Assembly (NCBI GenBank): GCA_964016885.1 | Contig: OZ024742.1 | Span: 105,090,001 to 105,154,000 of the forward strand | Source of the DNA: Eledone cirrhosa | Taxonomy: Eukaryota | Length of the DNA: 64,000 nt | Direction of reading: 5' to 3' | In this document: positions 30,001 to 43,653 of the stretch, one piece after another | How positions within the stretch are numbered: position 1 is the stretch's first letter | Layout of the letters: each line of letters starts with the position of its first letter | Notes under the pieces: model-generated | What the model was told of the DNA's origin: nothing | What the model saw: the letters and a program-made list of their open reading frames with translations, nothing else | Databases searched by the model: none | Position numbers and translations under genes: made by a program

Positions 30001-33000
30001 GAAACTGTTATATGTGAGAAACTGTTATATGTGAGAAACTGTTATATGTGAGACTGTTATATGTCAGAAACTGTTATACGTGAGAAACTGTTATATGTCA
30101 GAAACTGTTATATGTGAGAAACTGTTATATGTGAGAAACTGTTATATGTGAGACTGTAATATGTGAGACTGTCCTATGTCAGAAACTGTTATATGTGAGA
30201 AACTGTTATATGTGAGAAACTGTTATATGTCAGAAACTGTTATATGTGAGAAACTGTTATATGTCAGAAACTGTTATATGTGAGACTGTTATATGTCAGA
30301 AACTGTTATATGTCATAAACTGTTATATGTCAGAAACTGTTATATGTGAGACTGTAATATGTGAGACTGTCATATGTCAGAAACTGTTACATGTCAGAAA
30401 CTGTTATATGTGAGACTGTAATATGTGAGACTATTATATGTCAGAAACTGTTATATGTGAGACTGTTATATGTCAGAAACTGTTATATGTCAGAAACTGT
30501 TATTTGTCAGAAACTGTTATATGTGAGAAACTGTTATATGTCAGAAACTGTTATATGTGAGAAACTGTTATATGTGAGAAACTGTTATATGTGCGACTGT
30601 AATATGTGAGACTGTCATATGTCAGAAATTGTTATCTGTGAGAAACTGTTATATGTCAGAAACTGTTATATATCCGAAAATGTTATATGTGAGAAACTGT
30701 TATATGTGCGACTGTAATATCTGAGACTGTCATATGTCAGAAACTGTTATATGTCAGAAACTGTTATATGTGAGAAACTGTTATATGTGAGAAACTGTTA
30801 TATGTGAGAAACTGTTATATGTCAGAAACTGTTATATGTGACACTGTAGTATGTGAGACTGTTATATGTCAGAAACTGTTATATGTCAGAAACTGTTATA
30901 TGTCAGAAACTCTTATATGTGAGAAACTGTTATATGTCAAAAACTGTTATATGTGTGACTGTAGTATGTGAGACTGTTATATGTCAGAAACTGTTATATG
31001 TGAGAAACTGTTATATGTCAGAAACTGTTATATGTGAGAAACTGTTATATGTGAGAAACTGTTATATGTTAGACTGTAGTATGTGAGACTGTTATATGTC
31101 AGAAACTGTTATATGTGAGACTGTAGTATGTGAGACAGTTATATGTGAGAAACTGTTATATGTGAGAAACTGTTATATGTGAGAAACTGTTACATGTGAG
31201 AAACTGTTATATGTGACAAACTGTTATATGTGAGAAACTGTTATATGTGAGAAACTGTTATATGTTAGAAACTGTTATATGTGAGAAACTGTTATATGTC
31301 AGAAACTGTTATATGTGAGAAACTGTTATATGTCAGAAACTGTTATATGTGAGACTGTAGTATGTGAGACTGTCATATGTCAGAAACTGTTATATGTGAG
31401 AAACTGTTATATGTGAGAAACTGTTATATGTCAGAAACTGTTATATGTGAGAAACTGTTATATGTCAGAAACTGTTATATGTGAGAAACTGTTATATGTC
31501 AGAAACTGTTATATGTCAGAAACTGTTATATGTGAGACTGTAATATGTGAGACTGTCATATGTCAGAAACTGTTTTAAGTGAGAAACTGTTATATGTGAG
31601 AAACTGTTATATGTGACACTGTAATATGTGAGACTGTCATATGTCAGAAACTGTTATATGTCAGGAACTGTTATATGTGAGACTGTTATATGTCAGAAAC
31701 TATTATATGTCAGAAACTGTTATATGTGAGAAACTGTTATATGTGAGAAACTGTTATATGTGAGACTGTAATATGAGAGACTGTTATATGTCAGAAACTG
31801 TTATATGTCAGAAACGGTTATATCTCAGAAACTGTTATATGTGACAAACTGTTATATGTGAGAAACTGTCATATGTCAGATACTGTTATATGTCAGAAAC
31901 TGTTATATGTCAGAAACTGTTATAAGTGAGAAACTGTTATATGTTAGAAACTGTTATATGTCAGAAACTGTTATATGTGAGACTGTAGTATGTGAGACTG
32001 TTATATGTCAGAAACTGATATATGTCAGAAACTGTTATATGTCTGAAACTGTTATATGTGAGAAACTGTTATATGTGAGAAACTGTTATATGTGAGAAAC
32101 TGTTATATGTGAGAAACTGTTATATGTCAGAAACTGTTATATGTCAGAAACTGTTATGTGAGAAACTGTTATATGTCAGAAACTGTTATATGTCAGAAAC
32201 TGTTATATGTGAGACTGTAATATGTGAGACTGTCATATGTCAGAAACTGTTATATGTGAGAAACTGTTATATGTGAGAAACTGTTATATGTGACACTGTA
32301 ATATGTGAGACTGTCATATGTCAGAAACTGTTATATGTCAGAAACTGTTATATGTGAGACTGTTATATGTCAGAAACTGTTATATGTCAGAAACTGTTAT
32401 ATGTCAGAAACTGTTATATGTCAGAAACTGTTATATGTGTGATTGTAATATGTGAGACTGTCATATGTCAGAAACTGTTATATGTCAGAAACTGTTATAT
32501 GTCAGAAACTGTTATATGTGAGACTGTAATATGTGAGACTATTATATGTCAGAAACTGTTATATGTGAGAAACTGTTATATGTCAGAAACTGTTATATGT
32601 CAGAAACTGTTATATGTGAGACTGTAGTATGTGAGACTGTTATATGTCAGAAACTGTTATATGTCAGAAACTGTTATATGTGAGAAACTGTTATATGTCA
32701 GAAACTGTTATATGTGAGAAACTGTTATATGTGAGAAACTGTTATATGTCAGAAAATGTTATATGTGAGAAACTGTTATATTTGCGACTGTAATATGTGA
32801 GACTGTCATATGTCAGAAACTGTTATATGTGAGAAACTGTTATATGTCAGAAACTGTTATATATGAGAAACTGTTATATATGAGAAACTGTTATATGTTA
32901 GAAACTGTTATATGTCAGAAACTGTTATATGTGAGACTGTAGTATGTCAGACTGTTATATGTCAGAAACTGTTATATGTCAGAAACTGTTATATGTGAGA

Positions 33001-36000
33001 AACTGTTATATGTCAGAAACTGTTATATGTGAGACTGTAGTATGTGAGACTGTTATATGTCAGAACTGTTATATGTGAGACTGTAGTATGTGAGACAGTT
33101 ATGTCAGAAACTGTTATATGTGAGAAACTGTTATATGTCAGAAACTGTTATATGTGAGAAACTGTTATATGTGAGAAACTGTTATATGTGAGACTGTTAT
33201 ATGTCAGAAACTGTTATATGTGAGCAACTGTTATATGTCAGAAACTGTTATATGTGAGAAACTGTTATATGTGAGAAACTGTTATATGTGAGACTGTAAT
33301 ATGTGAGATTGTCATATGTCAGAAACTGTTATATGTGACAAACTGTTATATGTCAGAAACTGTTATATGTGGGAAACTGTTATATGTCAGAAACTGTTAT
33401 ATGTCAGAAACTGTTATGTGAGAAACTGTTATATGTCAGAAACTGTTATATGTCAGAAACTGTTATATGTGAGAAACTGTTATATGTCAGAAACTGTTAT
33501 ATGTGAGAAACTGTTATATGTCAGAAACTGTAGTATGTGAGACTGTAATATGTGAGACTGTCATATGTCAGAAACTGTTATATGTGAGAAACTGTTATAT
33601 GTGAGACTGTAATATGTGAGAATGTCATATGTCAGAAACTGTTATATGTCAGAAACTGTTATATGTGAGAAACTGTTATATGTGAGACTGTAATATGTGA
33701 GACTGTCATATGTCAGAAACTGTTTTATGTGAGAAACTGTTATATGTGAGAAACTGTTATATGTGACACTGTAATATGTGAGACTGTCATATGTCAGAAA
33801 CTGTTATATGTCAGAAACTGTTATAAGTGAGACTGTTATATGTCAGAAACTGTTATATGTCAGAAACTGTTATATGTCAGAAACTGTTATATGTGAGACT
33901 GTAATATGTGAGACTATTATATGTCAGAAACTGTTATATGTGAGACTGTTATATGTCAGAAACTGTTATATGTCAGAAACTGTTCTATGTCAGAAACTGT
34001 TATATGTGAGAAACTGTTATATGTCATAAACTGTTATATGTCAGAAACTGTTATATGTGAGAAACTGTTATATGTGAGAAAGTGTTATATGTGCGACTGT
34101 AATATGTGAGACTGTCATATGTCAGAAATTGTTATCTGTGAGAAACTGTTATATGTCAGAAACTGTTATATGTCCGAAAATGTTATATGTGAGAAACTGT
34201 TATATGTGCGACTGTAATATCTGAGACTGTCATATGTCAGAAACTGTTATATGTCAGAAACTGTTATATGTGAGAAACTGTTATATGTGAGAAACTGTTA
34301 TATGTCAGAAACTGTTATATGTGACACTGTAGTATGTGAGACTGTTATATGTCAGAAACTGTTATATGTCAGAAACTGTTATACGTCAGAAACTCTTATA
34401 TGTGAGAAACTGTTATATGTCAAAAACTGTTATATGTGTGACTGTAGTATGTGAGACTGTTATATGTCAGAAACTGTTATATGTGAGAAACTGTTATATG
34501 TGAGAAACTGTTATATGTGAGAAACTGTTATATGTCAGAAACTGTTATATGTTAGACTGTAGTATGTGAGACTGTTATATGTCAGAAACTGTTATATGTG
34601 AGACTGTAGTATGTGAGACAGTTATATGTGAGAAACTGTTATATGTGAGAAACTGTTATATGTGAGAAACTGTTATATGTGAGAAACTGTTATATGTGAG
34701 AAACTGTTATATGTGACAAACTGTTATATGTGAGAAACTGTTATATGTGAGAAACTGTTATATGTTAGAAACTGTTATATGTGAGAAACTGTTATATGTC
34801 AGAAACTGTTATATGTGAGAAACTGTTATATGTCAGAAACTGTTATATGTGAGACTGTAGTATGTGAGACAGTTATATGTCAGAAACTGTTATATGTGAG
34901 AAACTGTTATATGTCAGAAACTGTTATATGTGAGAAACTGTTATATGTGACAAACTGTTATATGTGAGAAACTGTTATATGTGAGAAACTGTTATATGTG
35001 AGACTGTTATATGTGAGACTGTAATATGTGAGACTGTCATATGTCAGAAACTGTTATATGTGAGAAACTGTTATATGTCAGAAACTGTTATATGTCAGAA
35101 ACTGTTATATGTGAGAAACTGTTATATGTCAGAAACTGTTATATGTGAGAAACTGTTATATGTGAGAAACTGTTATATGTCAGAAACTGTTATATGTGAG
35201 ACTCTTCTATGTCAGAAACTGTTATATGCCAGAAACTGTTATATGTGAGACTGTAATATGTGAGACTGTCATATGTCAGAAACTGTTATATGTCAGAAAC
35301 TGTTATATGTCAGAAACTGTCATATGTGAGACTGTAATATGTGAGACTATTATATGTCAGAAACTGTTATATGTGAGAAACTGTTATATGTGAGAAACTG
35401 TTATATGTCAGAAACTGTTATATGTGAGAAACTGTTATATGTCAGAAACTGTTATATGTGAGACTGTAGTATGTGAGACTGTTATATGTCAGAAACTGTT
35501 ATATGTGAGACTATTATATGTCAGAAACTGTTATATGTCAGAAACTGTTATATGTGAGACTGTAATATGTCACAAACTGTTATATGTGAGGCTGTTATAT
35601 GCCACAAACTGTTATACGTGAAACTGTAATATGTCAGACTGTTATATGTCAGAAACTGTTATATGTCAGAAACTGTTATATGTGAGACTGTTATATATCA
35701 GAAACTAATATGCCAGAAACTGTTATATGTGAGACTGTAATATGTGAGATTGTCATATGTCAGAAACTGTCATATGTCAGAAACTGTTATATGTCAGAAA
35801 CTATTATATGTGAGACTGTAATATGTGAGACTGTTATATGTCAGAAACTGTTATATGTAAGAAACTGTTATATGTCAGAAACTGTTATATGTCAGAAACT
35901 GTTATATATCAGACTGTTATATGTCAGAAACTGTTATATCTGAGGCTGTTATATGTTATAAACTGTTATATGTTAGACTGTTATATGTCAGAAACTGTTA

Positions 36001-36690
36001 TATGTCAGAAACTGTTATATGTCAGAAACTGTTATATGTCAAACACTGTTATATGTCAGAAACTCTTATATGTGGGACTGTTATATGTCAAACACTGTTA
36101 TATGTGAAACTATTTATGTGAGACTGTTATATGTCACAAACTGTTATATGTGAGACTGTTATATGTGAGACTGTCATATGTCAGAAACTGTTATATGTCA
36201 AACACTGTTATATGTCAGAAACTGTTATATGTGAGACTGTTATATGTCAGAAACTGTTATATGTGAGACTATTTATGTGAGACTGTTATATGTCAGAAAC
36301 TGTTATATGTGAGACTATTTATGTGAGACTGTTGTATGTCAGAAACTGTTATATGTGAGACTGCTATATGTCACAAACTGTTATATGTCAGATTGTTATA
36401 TGTCAGAAATTGTTATATGTCTGAAACTGTTATATGTGAGACTGTTTATGTGAGACTGTTATATGTCAGAAACTGTTATATGTCAGAAACTGTTATATGT
36501 CAGAAACTGTCATGTGTGAGACTGTTATATGTCGGAAACTGTTATATGTCAGAAACTGTTATATGTCAGAAACTGTTATATGTGAGACTTATATGTCAGA
36601 GGCAGATATGTATCAGAAACTGTTATATGTCATTCATTGATATCTGTCAGAAACTGTTATATATCAAACACTGATATATGCCAGAAACAA
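1..36690. repeat. Tandem satellite array of 17-bp and 15-bp monomers with higher-order structure; runs off the left end of the window
   Basis: Continuous head-to-tail GTCAGAAACTGTTATAT / GTGAGAAACTGTTATAT plus 15-mers GTGAGACTGT(T/A/C)ATAT and GTGAGACTGTAGTAT, all in one orientation; decays from ~35,500 and ends ~36,690. Confidence 0.99.
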
Positions 36691-36919
36691 ATTTAGATCA
36701 TAATTCTCAAAGACAATCTCAAAAGTTGAAAGCTACTGAAAATTTGACAATCCTTAAAGATCATCATCGTCACCATTTTACATCCATTTTCCCTGCTAGC
36801 AAGAATTGAGTGGATCGTCATAACCTGAGCCAGTATTCAAATTGAGTTACTTATCTCTCAAATGAGCCAGGGACTTGTATCTTGCTTAATTAAAAGCCTC
36901 CATAGTATTTTTTTTTTTT

Positions 36920-37107
36920 ATAATTGTTTCTACTTTAGGCACAAGGCCAGCAATTACCCAGTGCATTACTGGTACTTTATTTTATCGACCCCGTAAGGAT
37001 GAAAGGCAAAGTCAACCTCGGCAGGATTTGAACTCAGATCGTAAAGGGACGTAACTATGCTGGAAAGCATGGCGTCCGACCCTCTACCGATACTGCTAAT
37101 CCACCGC
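36920..37107 (-). mobile_element. tRNA-derived SINE, family 1 (central GCCTTTCATCCTTACGGGGTCGATAAAATAAAGTACCAG block, resembling the Meta/MESC SINE domain)
   Basis: Reverse strand shows B-box-like GAGTTCAAATCC, the central block and a GTAGAAACAATTA tail; near-identical copies at 57460, 58453 and 58643; both flanks are similar T-runs ending TAAT. Confidence 0.85.
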
Positions 37108-37924
37108 ATTTTTTTTTTTAATAATACAAACTATTCTTAATAGTTTTAAGAACAGTTTTAAAAGGGAGACTTATTTGAGAAATGTATCATAACACATTTA
37201 CTTTTTAAAACAATATGAATAAATTTCTAAGTTTATTGATGGGTAATACTTTCATTAATGAATGATTCCATTCTTTAAATACTTTCATTAAGGATTATGA
37301 TTGGCACCCATGCAGACATATTGTTTACAAATATAGTATTCATAAAATCTTCAACTATTAGTTTATAGTTTGTGTCACATTGGTCATAGCTCTAATTAAA
37401 CATATCCAACAACTGGGTTATTAGTTAAGTAATACAGCAAGTGATTAATGGGATTATATTAATGCAATCTTTATTACCATCATTTAACAGCATTCTTCCA
37501 TGTAAGAATGATATATGCTGAATCAAATCTAAAATAATTGTCACGGTTTGCTCCTTTCTGGACCCTCTTTGGCATCTCAGGATACACCTCCCAGGACAGG
37601 TCACAGGTTCATTGCCAGTTTCTGTGGCATGAAATAAATTTGCAGGTTTGAGAAAGTACCAAATTGGTGATTGACATCAATAAGACCACCAAAACTGTAA
37701 TATGTTGAAAGGAATGAAAAAGAACCATACTGCATCGTTCTTCGCACTGGTTAACAAGGGATGCATTCAGGCTTTAGATAGGGCCTGTTCGAAAAATATA
37801 TTGCTGTCTCCATTTCATGCCACAAAAACTGGTGATGGGCTTGCAACCTGTCCTGGGAGACGTGGGACGGACACAGAGATTTTATATTCTGAGATCCCAA
37901 AGAGAGTTTGGAAGGGATAAAAAC

Positions 37925-38588
37925 ATGACAATTGGAAGTTAGAATACCACAACCCTTACAGGTAAGGAGCAGGAACTAGTGGAGAAGGCTAGATGCTACT
38001 GGCTAGATGTAGCTTAGGTTTCCTCTACAAGGTTTTGTGGTGCTGATACTGTAGATTTGGATGGATGATGGAAACTCCACTATCCTGGTGTGACACCAGA
38101 AATGACTGTACAGGCAGGATTGGGGATACTCATAAGCCCTCAATTGACAGAATGTGTTATGGACTGGATCCCATAAGGAGGGAGGATTTGGCCATTGAAG
38201 CATAGGCTGAAAGATAGTTTATGCACCAAATAAGGAGTCCGAATACAGGTCCTTCTTTAATGAAGTAATTGCAGCATTAGATGTAGTTAAGACTGAGTCA
38301 TATATCCTGATGGGAGACTTCAATGCACATGTTGGTACTGGCTATCTGACATGAAAAGGAGTGATTGGAATAAACAGTGACCCTGATCTAAATACTAATG
38401 GAGATGCCTTATTAGACTTCTGTTCTAGCAATGGACTCTCTATTATGAACACCTTCTTCCAGCACAGAGACATCCATAAATATACATGGTATAAGGGGAA
38501 TTAGGGTCAGAGATCAATAATTGATTTTGTTATTGTTTCTGATCTCTTTGATTCTGTACTGTATGTTCATGTAAAGAGAAGAGCTGAA
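37925..38588 (+). pseudogene. Decayed APE endonuclease domain of an RTE-clade (Rex3/Expander-like) LINE, 3'-truncated
   Basis: Manual translation with stops: MTIGS*NTTTLTGKEQELV...YAPNKESEY...ILMGDFNAHVG...LLDFCSSNGLSIMNTFFQHRDIHKYTW...RSIIDFVIVS; the GDFNA and IDF motifs are canonical APE motifs. Confidence 0.9.
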
Positions 38589-38825
38589 AAATTGGGGACA
38601 TATGTAAAATATCATTAACACTTTCCTATCAGTATTTCTAATGAAATATACTAATAAAATTTAACAATACTGAGGGAATTATTAGAATTATTTTTTCATT
38701 ATTCAGATAGTAAATTAACACATGGTTGTCAACATTTTGTTGGAATGTTTTATTTTAAATAGGAACCCTTTAAAATTGGTGGTTCTGTTTCATAGGACCA
38801 GAGTCTGTTTTGGCTGAACTATTAA

Positions 38826-39066
38826 CTCTTGATACCAATCACTTGAAAAAAAAACCCTAGTTCTATGATACAAATCTTTAAAGCACTTATATTTATCTAA
38901 AAAGCTTCCATCATAATTCATGTAAGAACCTTTATTAAGTTATGTTCCAAACACCTGCTTAATAAGGAAAAGTGATATCATTAAATCTCTCCAAACACTT
39001 GATCCTTTTCAAATTTATAAGCAATTTCTTCCATTAGAAATATATTAATGAAAGAGGTTAAAAGGG
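38826..39066. mobile_element. Possible degenerate TTAA-flanked (piggyBac-type) MITE
   Basis: TTAA|CTCTTGATACC ... GGTTAAAAGGG|TTAA; the terminal inverted repeats match only partly. Confidence 0.4.
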
Positions 39067-39251
39067 TTAATGTGAGTACCATGTGGTTAATGAGAGAAAG
39101 GAGCTGGGTCAGACAGAAAGGTGAATATTGGTGTTATGCAGCAAGAGGCATCCACATATTTTTAAATAAATATTTCAATATGTTGCTCAAATAAGTCCCA
39201 TTTTAAAACTAAATAAATGTCTTAAGAACATGTTTTAAATATTTTCATTAA

Positions 39252-39468
39252 CTCTTTAGCATTTATATTACTCTATATTTACTATTATGTTTTCATGGTA
39301 AAGTCTTTACTTCATATAATTATCTCACATAATATCAAATCTATGCGATTTTGGTATTCATTTTGAGAACAATACCTTAACATTAGTATGAGCAGCCAGT
39401 TACAGCCGATTTGAACAGAAAGAAGTAAGAAAATTCTGGCCGGATACGGCTGGTTTATTGCTAAAGGG
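39252..39468. mobile_element. TTAA-flanked MITE (piggyBac-type), 217 bp
   Basis: TTAA|CTCTTTAGCA ... TGCTAAAGGG|TTAA; homologous copy in opposite orientation at 47721-47941. Confidence 0.8.
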
Positions 39469-41044
39469 TTAAAAGATATTTTCAGGATTTTAATCACTCG
39501 ATATTTCGAAATTCCAAAGTTTGATCTTTTGGTATTATTGTGTTTGCTATCATAGTATTCAATATTTCAAACTTTTGACTTTCTAATTTTTCAGGATTTC
39601 AACATTTGAGATTATGTTCTAGATTGTCTCTCTCATTAGAGATGATTGACCCCTGTCAGAACAATATTTGTATCAGATGGTTTGCTAGAATTGTCATAAA
39701 AATGTCTACTGACAAAGTAACATAGATGGTCTGTAGTGTCAGCATCACTTTATTTGTGGTTTATGATCTAAAGTGACAGCCTATTGAGAGGAATCGATGG
39801 GGTATTGGATTACAAGTTCAAATCAACTGAAGATATGCTTACTGTGTATTTGAGAAATATATTTGTTTCTACAGACAACAGTACATTAAAGTCTCAGCTA
39901 ATTGAATCTCAATAGCTAATACACCAATCAACAACTCCAGTTTATAACATCTAGTAGAGATGAGAGAGGAAGAAGATGAAGTTGAAATATAGATATACAA
40001 CATGAATTTGAGAATCAAATGAATAATTATACACCTAAATATCAACTAAATATCTCTATCTTGTGTAGACCCATCAAAATCATATCTACAGCAAAAGAAT
40101 TAAACAGTAGATTAAATGAATGAAGTCCCTGCAACTGGTGCAGCCAGTTGTTGGGATGTCACTTCTAGACCAATCATGGTCAAATTGTGGCCCACAGGAG
40201 ATATACAGACTGTTTGGCTTTCTGAATGAGACACCTAATTTCAAAACTGCCTTGAAGTTTTAGTAATGTGGCCCACTTTAAAATGAACCATATCTTATGC
40301 AGCCCACTGCTCAAAAGAGGTTACTGATGCCTGCTCTAAACATTTGACTGTGTGTCCATCATGGTATTTCAATGAATCTTAGAAACACTTGATGGTGTCC
40401 ATCTCCTCTCCAAGAATAAGTACATTACTGGTATTACAATATATACACTGAATACAATGAGAAGCAAAAATTGAAATGCTAATTCTGAAAATATTTGGTA
40501 ATGAGTCAAATCACACAGCTTTGTTCTCTAAAAGTTTGTTTTTCCAGTTGTTTTTTTTTCACAAATCTAAGTGATAAAAAAAAGGAAAAGAAATTTTTTA
40601 AAAATGAAAAAAAATGAAAAAAATTTGTAAAAAATGAAAAAATATGCCACATGTTGACTCAGCAAAAACTCCCATAAATTAGTCATGATAAGGATAAATA
40701 GACTAGAATATGATTAATAAAACAAAAAGACTGTGTTAGAAAATTAAGATTATTGGTGTTAATGAGTTTAACATAATGACTTAACTGTACAGGCATGTTA
40801 TTGTTCCCCATCTTCATGTTATTATTTAGCCCCAGGTTAGCCATAACCTAACAGACCTATGATATAAAAACCTCCTGCAATAACCATCTCAACTTTTTAG
40901 GGGTGTGGGAGAAGTAGAATATTGAATGTATTCATTTCATTTTTAAAATGGAAGGATGTGATTTGAGAGAGATTTGAATGCTGTTTCTAGCAAGTTCAGT
41001 GTCCATGTAGAGGCTCGTTCATTTGTTCATATGCAAACATATCA

Positions 41045-41081
<37 letters not shown>

Positions 41082-41320
41082 TATATACACTATGTATGTG
41101 TGTATATAAGTATGTTTATGTGTGTGAGCATGTATATTCCTCTGTGGGTATATGCCTGTGTATGTGTTTGTCTGCTTGTGCATATATACAGAGATATGTG
41201 CATATATATATATGTATATGTATGTCTGTATGTATGTGGATATATATGTGCTTGTATGCCTATATGTGTATGTGTGTGTGTGTGTGTGTGCATGCGTGAG
41301 TGTGTGTATGTGTGCCCACA
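41045..41320. repeat. Compound (TA)n/(TG)n microsatellite
   Basis: Direct inspection. Confidence 0.9.
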
Positions 41321-41419
41321 TATGTGTCTATCTCTGCTCCCTTGTACCGTATATGCAAGCATGGAAAAACAGATGTAAAAACAATGATGATGAGGATATA
41401 TATATAATGCCAATGTGCG

Positions 41420-41760
41420 TGAATGACCAAGCATAGACGAGTTGAGAGAGAAACTGTGTATAAGAGGGATAAGTTGTGGTGTGTGGGAAAGAAGGCTGAG
41501 ATGGCATGGACATGTGATGCGATGGAGGATGACCGCTGGGTAAAGAAGAGCCAAGAAATCCCAGTAGAAGGAAGACACAGTAGAGGTAAACCACGTAAAA
41601 CATGGGCAGAGGTGGTGAGAGCAGACCTCAGATTGCTGAAACTCACCAAGGAGATGACGAAGGACCGTGACAAGTGGAGTGCTGTGCTGAATAGGACCCG
41701 TCCAACACTTGCAAGCAGGGAAAAGTAGACGTAATTTGATGATGATGATGATGATGATCA
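41420..41760 (+). mobile_element. 5'-truncated RTE LINE 3' end (family A) with (ATG)n tail
   Basis: ORF end ...VEGRHSRGKPRKTWAEVVRADL...KDRDKW...TRPTLASREK*, then ACGTAATT(TGA)n; GRP(R)KTW is the typical RTE C-terminus. Confidence 0.88.
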
Positions 41761-41869
41761 TGATGGATATAGCTCCAAAAAGCGAAAGATGGAATTAAGC
41801 AAGTAAGTTAACAATGAATGAACGAGGAGAGAAAGAAACAGAAATTGTTGTTTCCGAAAGATAACTGAA

Positions 41870-42050
41870 GATAAATGCATTGATGAAGAAAGACCTGGGC
41901 AGAAGTGATGAGAGATGATCTAAATCATTGAGACTCACAGAGAAGATGAAGGAATGTGATGAGTGAAGAGATGCTGTGTTGGAAAGGACCCATGCAAGCA
42001 TGGAAAATGGATGTAAAAACGATGATTATATTGACAATGATGATGATAAT
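41870..42050 (+). mobile_element. Older degenerate RTE family A 3' fragment
   Basis: AAGACCTGGGCAGAAGTGATGAGAGATGATCT...GCAAGCATGGAAAATGGATGTAAAAACGATGAT resembles 41600-41750. Confidence 0.65.
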
Positions 42051-42199
42051 GAGTTCACAGAATTTGTTATGCTGGTAATGTTAGAATCATTAATCACAAT
42101 ATGTATTCAGAAAATATATCAAGTTTTGAATGAAATTTCATTATTTTCTTTAACCCAGGCAATACCAGGTAGATCTGCTAGTATATATATATATATATA

Positions 42200-42793
42200 T
42201 CATCATCATCATTATCATCATCATCGTTTAACGTCCATGTTCCACGCTTGCATGGGTTTGGACGGGAGTTTTCCCACTTGAGGCAAGAGTGGTTGTCATT
42301 GCTCGCATAGGACTGTCTGGCGGGTTTTCTACAGCTGGATGCCCTTCCTAACACCGACCACATTTACAGTGTGGGTCTGGGAGGTTTTTACCGTGTTGCC
42401 TACACGGCCACATTACAGCGTGGACTGTGTGTTTTTTTGTCGTGACACCTACACGATCTCATTTGTTTCGGCCTGGATGTTGTGGCACCAACATAACTTT
42501 ACATTGAAAGGGGCGGTGTGGATGGGGTGGGGGAGGTGGGACGGGGGTGTATTTTGTTAGAGATGCCTACTGACTGTAGTAGGTTTTACTTTGTATTTAG
42601 GTAAGGCGGGTCTTCTCTATTACTGAGTACCGCCAAAGGTCTCGGTCCAGTGACATTGTCTTGGAGAGGTGTAAGTGTGTGAGGTCTGAATTTATCAGCT
42701 CGTCCCAGGTTTTTCTGGGTCTGCCTACTCCGTGGCTACCGTCTATCTTTATTGCCCTGCACTTTGTTATACAGCTGTCGTCTTTCATGCGCA
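42200..42793 (-). mobile_element. 5'-truncated RTE LINE (family B): C-terminal coding part, 3'UTR and (ATG)n tail, inserted in (TA)n
   Basis: RMKDDSCITKCRAIKIDGSHGVGRPRKTWDELINSDL matches 51331-51550; 3'UTR matches 50940-51330; TA tracts on both sides. Confidence 0.92.
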
Positions 42794-43562
42794 ATATATA
42801 TATATATATATACACACACTCACATAATATAAAGGGAACTTAGATCAAAACTATACTAAATGCATAACATCCACTATTTTTTCATTAATGTTGCTCATCG
42901 AACTTTCTCAATAAGAACAGGTATGAAAACCTGTATCAGAGTGAACTTCATAAATGAAAACGTTATAAAAACTTACATTTCAAACACCTGGACTGTACAG
43001 TTTTGATCCTGCCAAAAAATTGCTTTTTACAAATAATAGAAACTAAGTGCCTCTTCCCCACTGGCTCCTAACCACCACCCCCTCCTGCTGATCTCTACCT
43101 TATAACTTCCAGCTTTAGCAATAAACTATAAGAATGACATAAGTTATCTCCCATCTCCTCTCAACTTAAAAAAAGGAGCTGACTCCCATTTTCGCTCCTA
43201 CATATATGTGTGACAGATGGACAGACAGACAGAGAAAAAGCTTTTCTTTTATAATACAGATTGCTAATTAACACTTAGGACTTTGTGGGGATCTCATCAG
43301 AGGGCTAGTCTGAAAAACAAACAATCAAAAGTCCAAGTCTTCACAGAAAGGCAAAGCTAACAATAGCAATGTGTGTGTGTGCTCTGCTAGGATATCTACT
43401 ATAACTTTTCAGTAGCATATACATTATATATGAGTGTATATATGTATATATATAGTTACTTGAATGTTATTGTGTATTAAAAACAAACTCTTGATATGTA
43501 AACATTGAGGCAAAAAAGACTATGAAACTGCAAGTTTCTTGAATGCCCAAATAATACCAAAT

Positions 43563-43574
<12 letters not shown>

Positions 43575-43650
<76 letters not shown>
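43575..43650. repeat. (TA)n microsatellite
   Basis: Direct inspection. Confidence 0.95.

Positions 43651-43653
<3 letters not shown>

Noticed and set aside
281-36674. Dozens of MSETVICQKLLYVRNCY ORFs suggesting a Cys-rich repeat protein
   Set aside because: They are translations of a 17-bp unit cycling through the three frames; G-type monomers introduce TGA stops, and nothing preserves frame
1-36690. CRISPR-like array
   Set aside because: No unique spacers and no cas genes; monomers are contiguous and the context is eukaryotic
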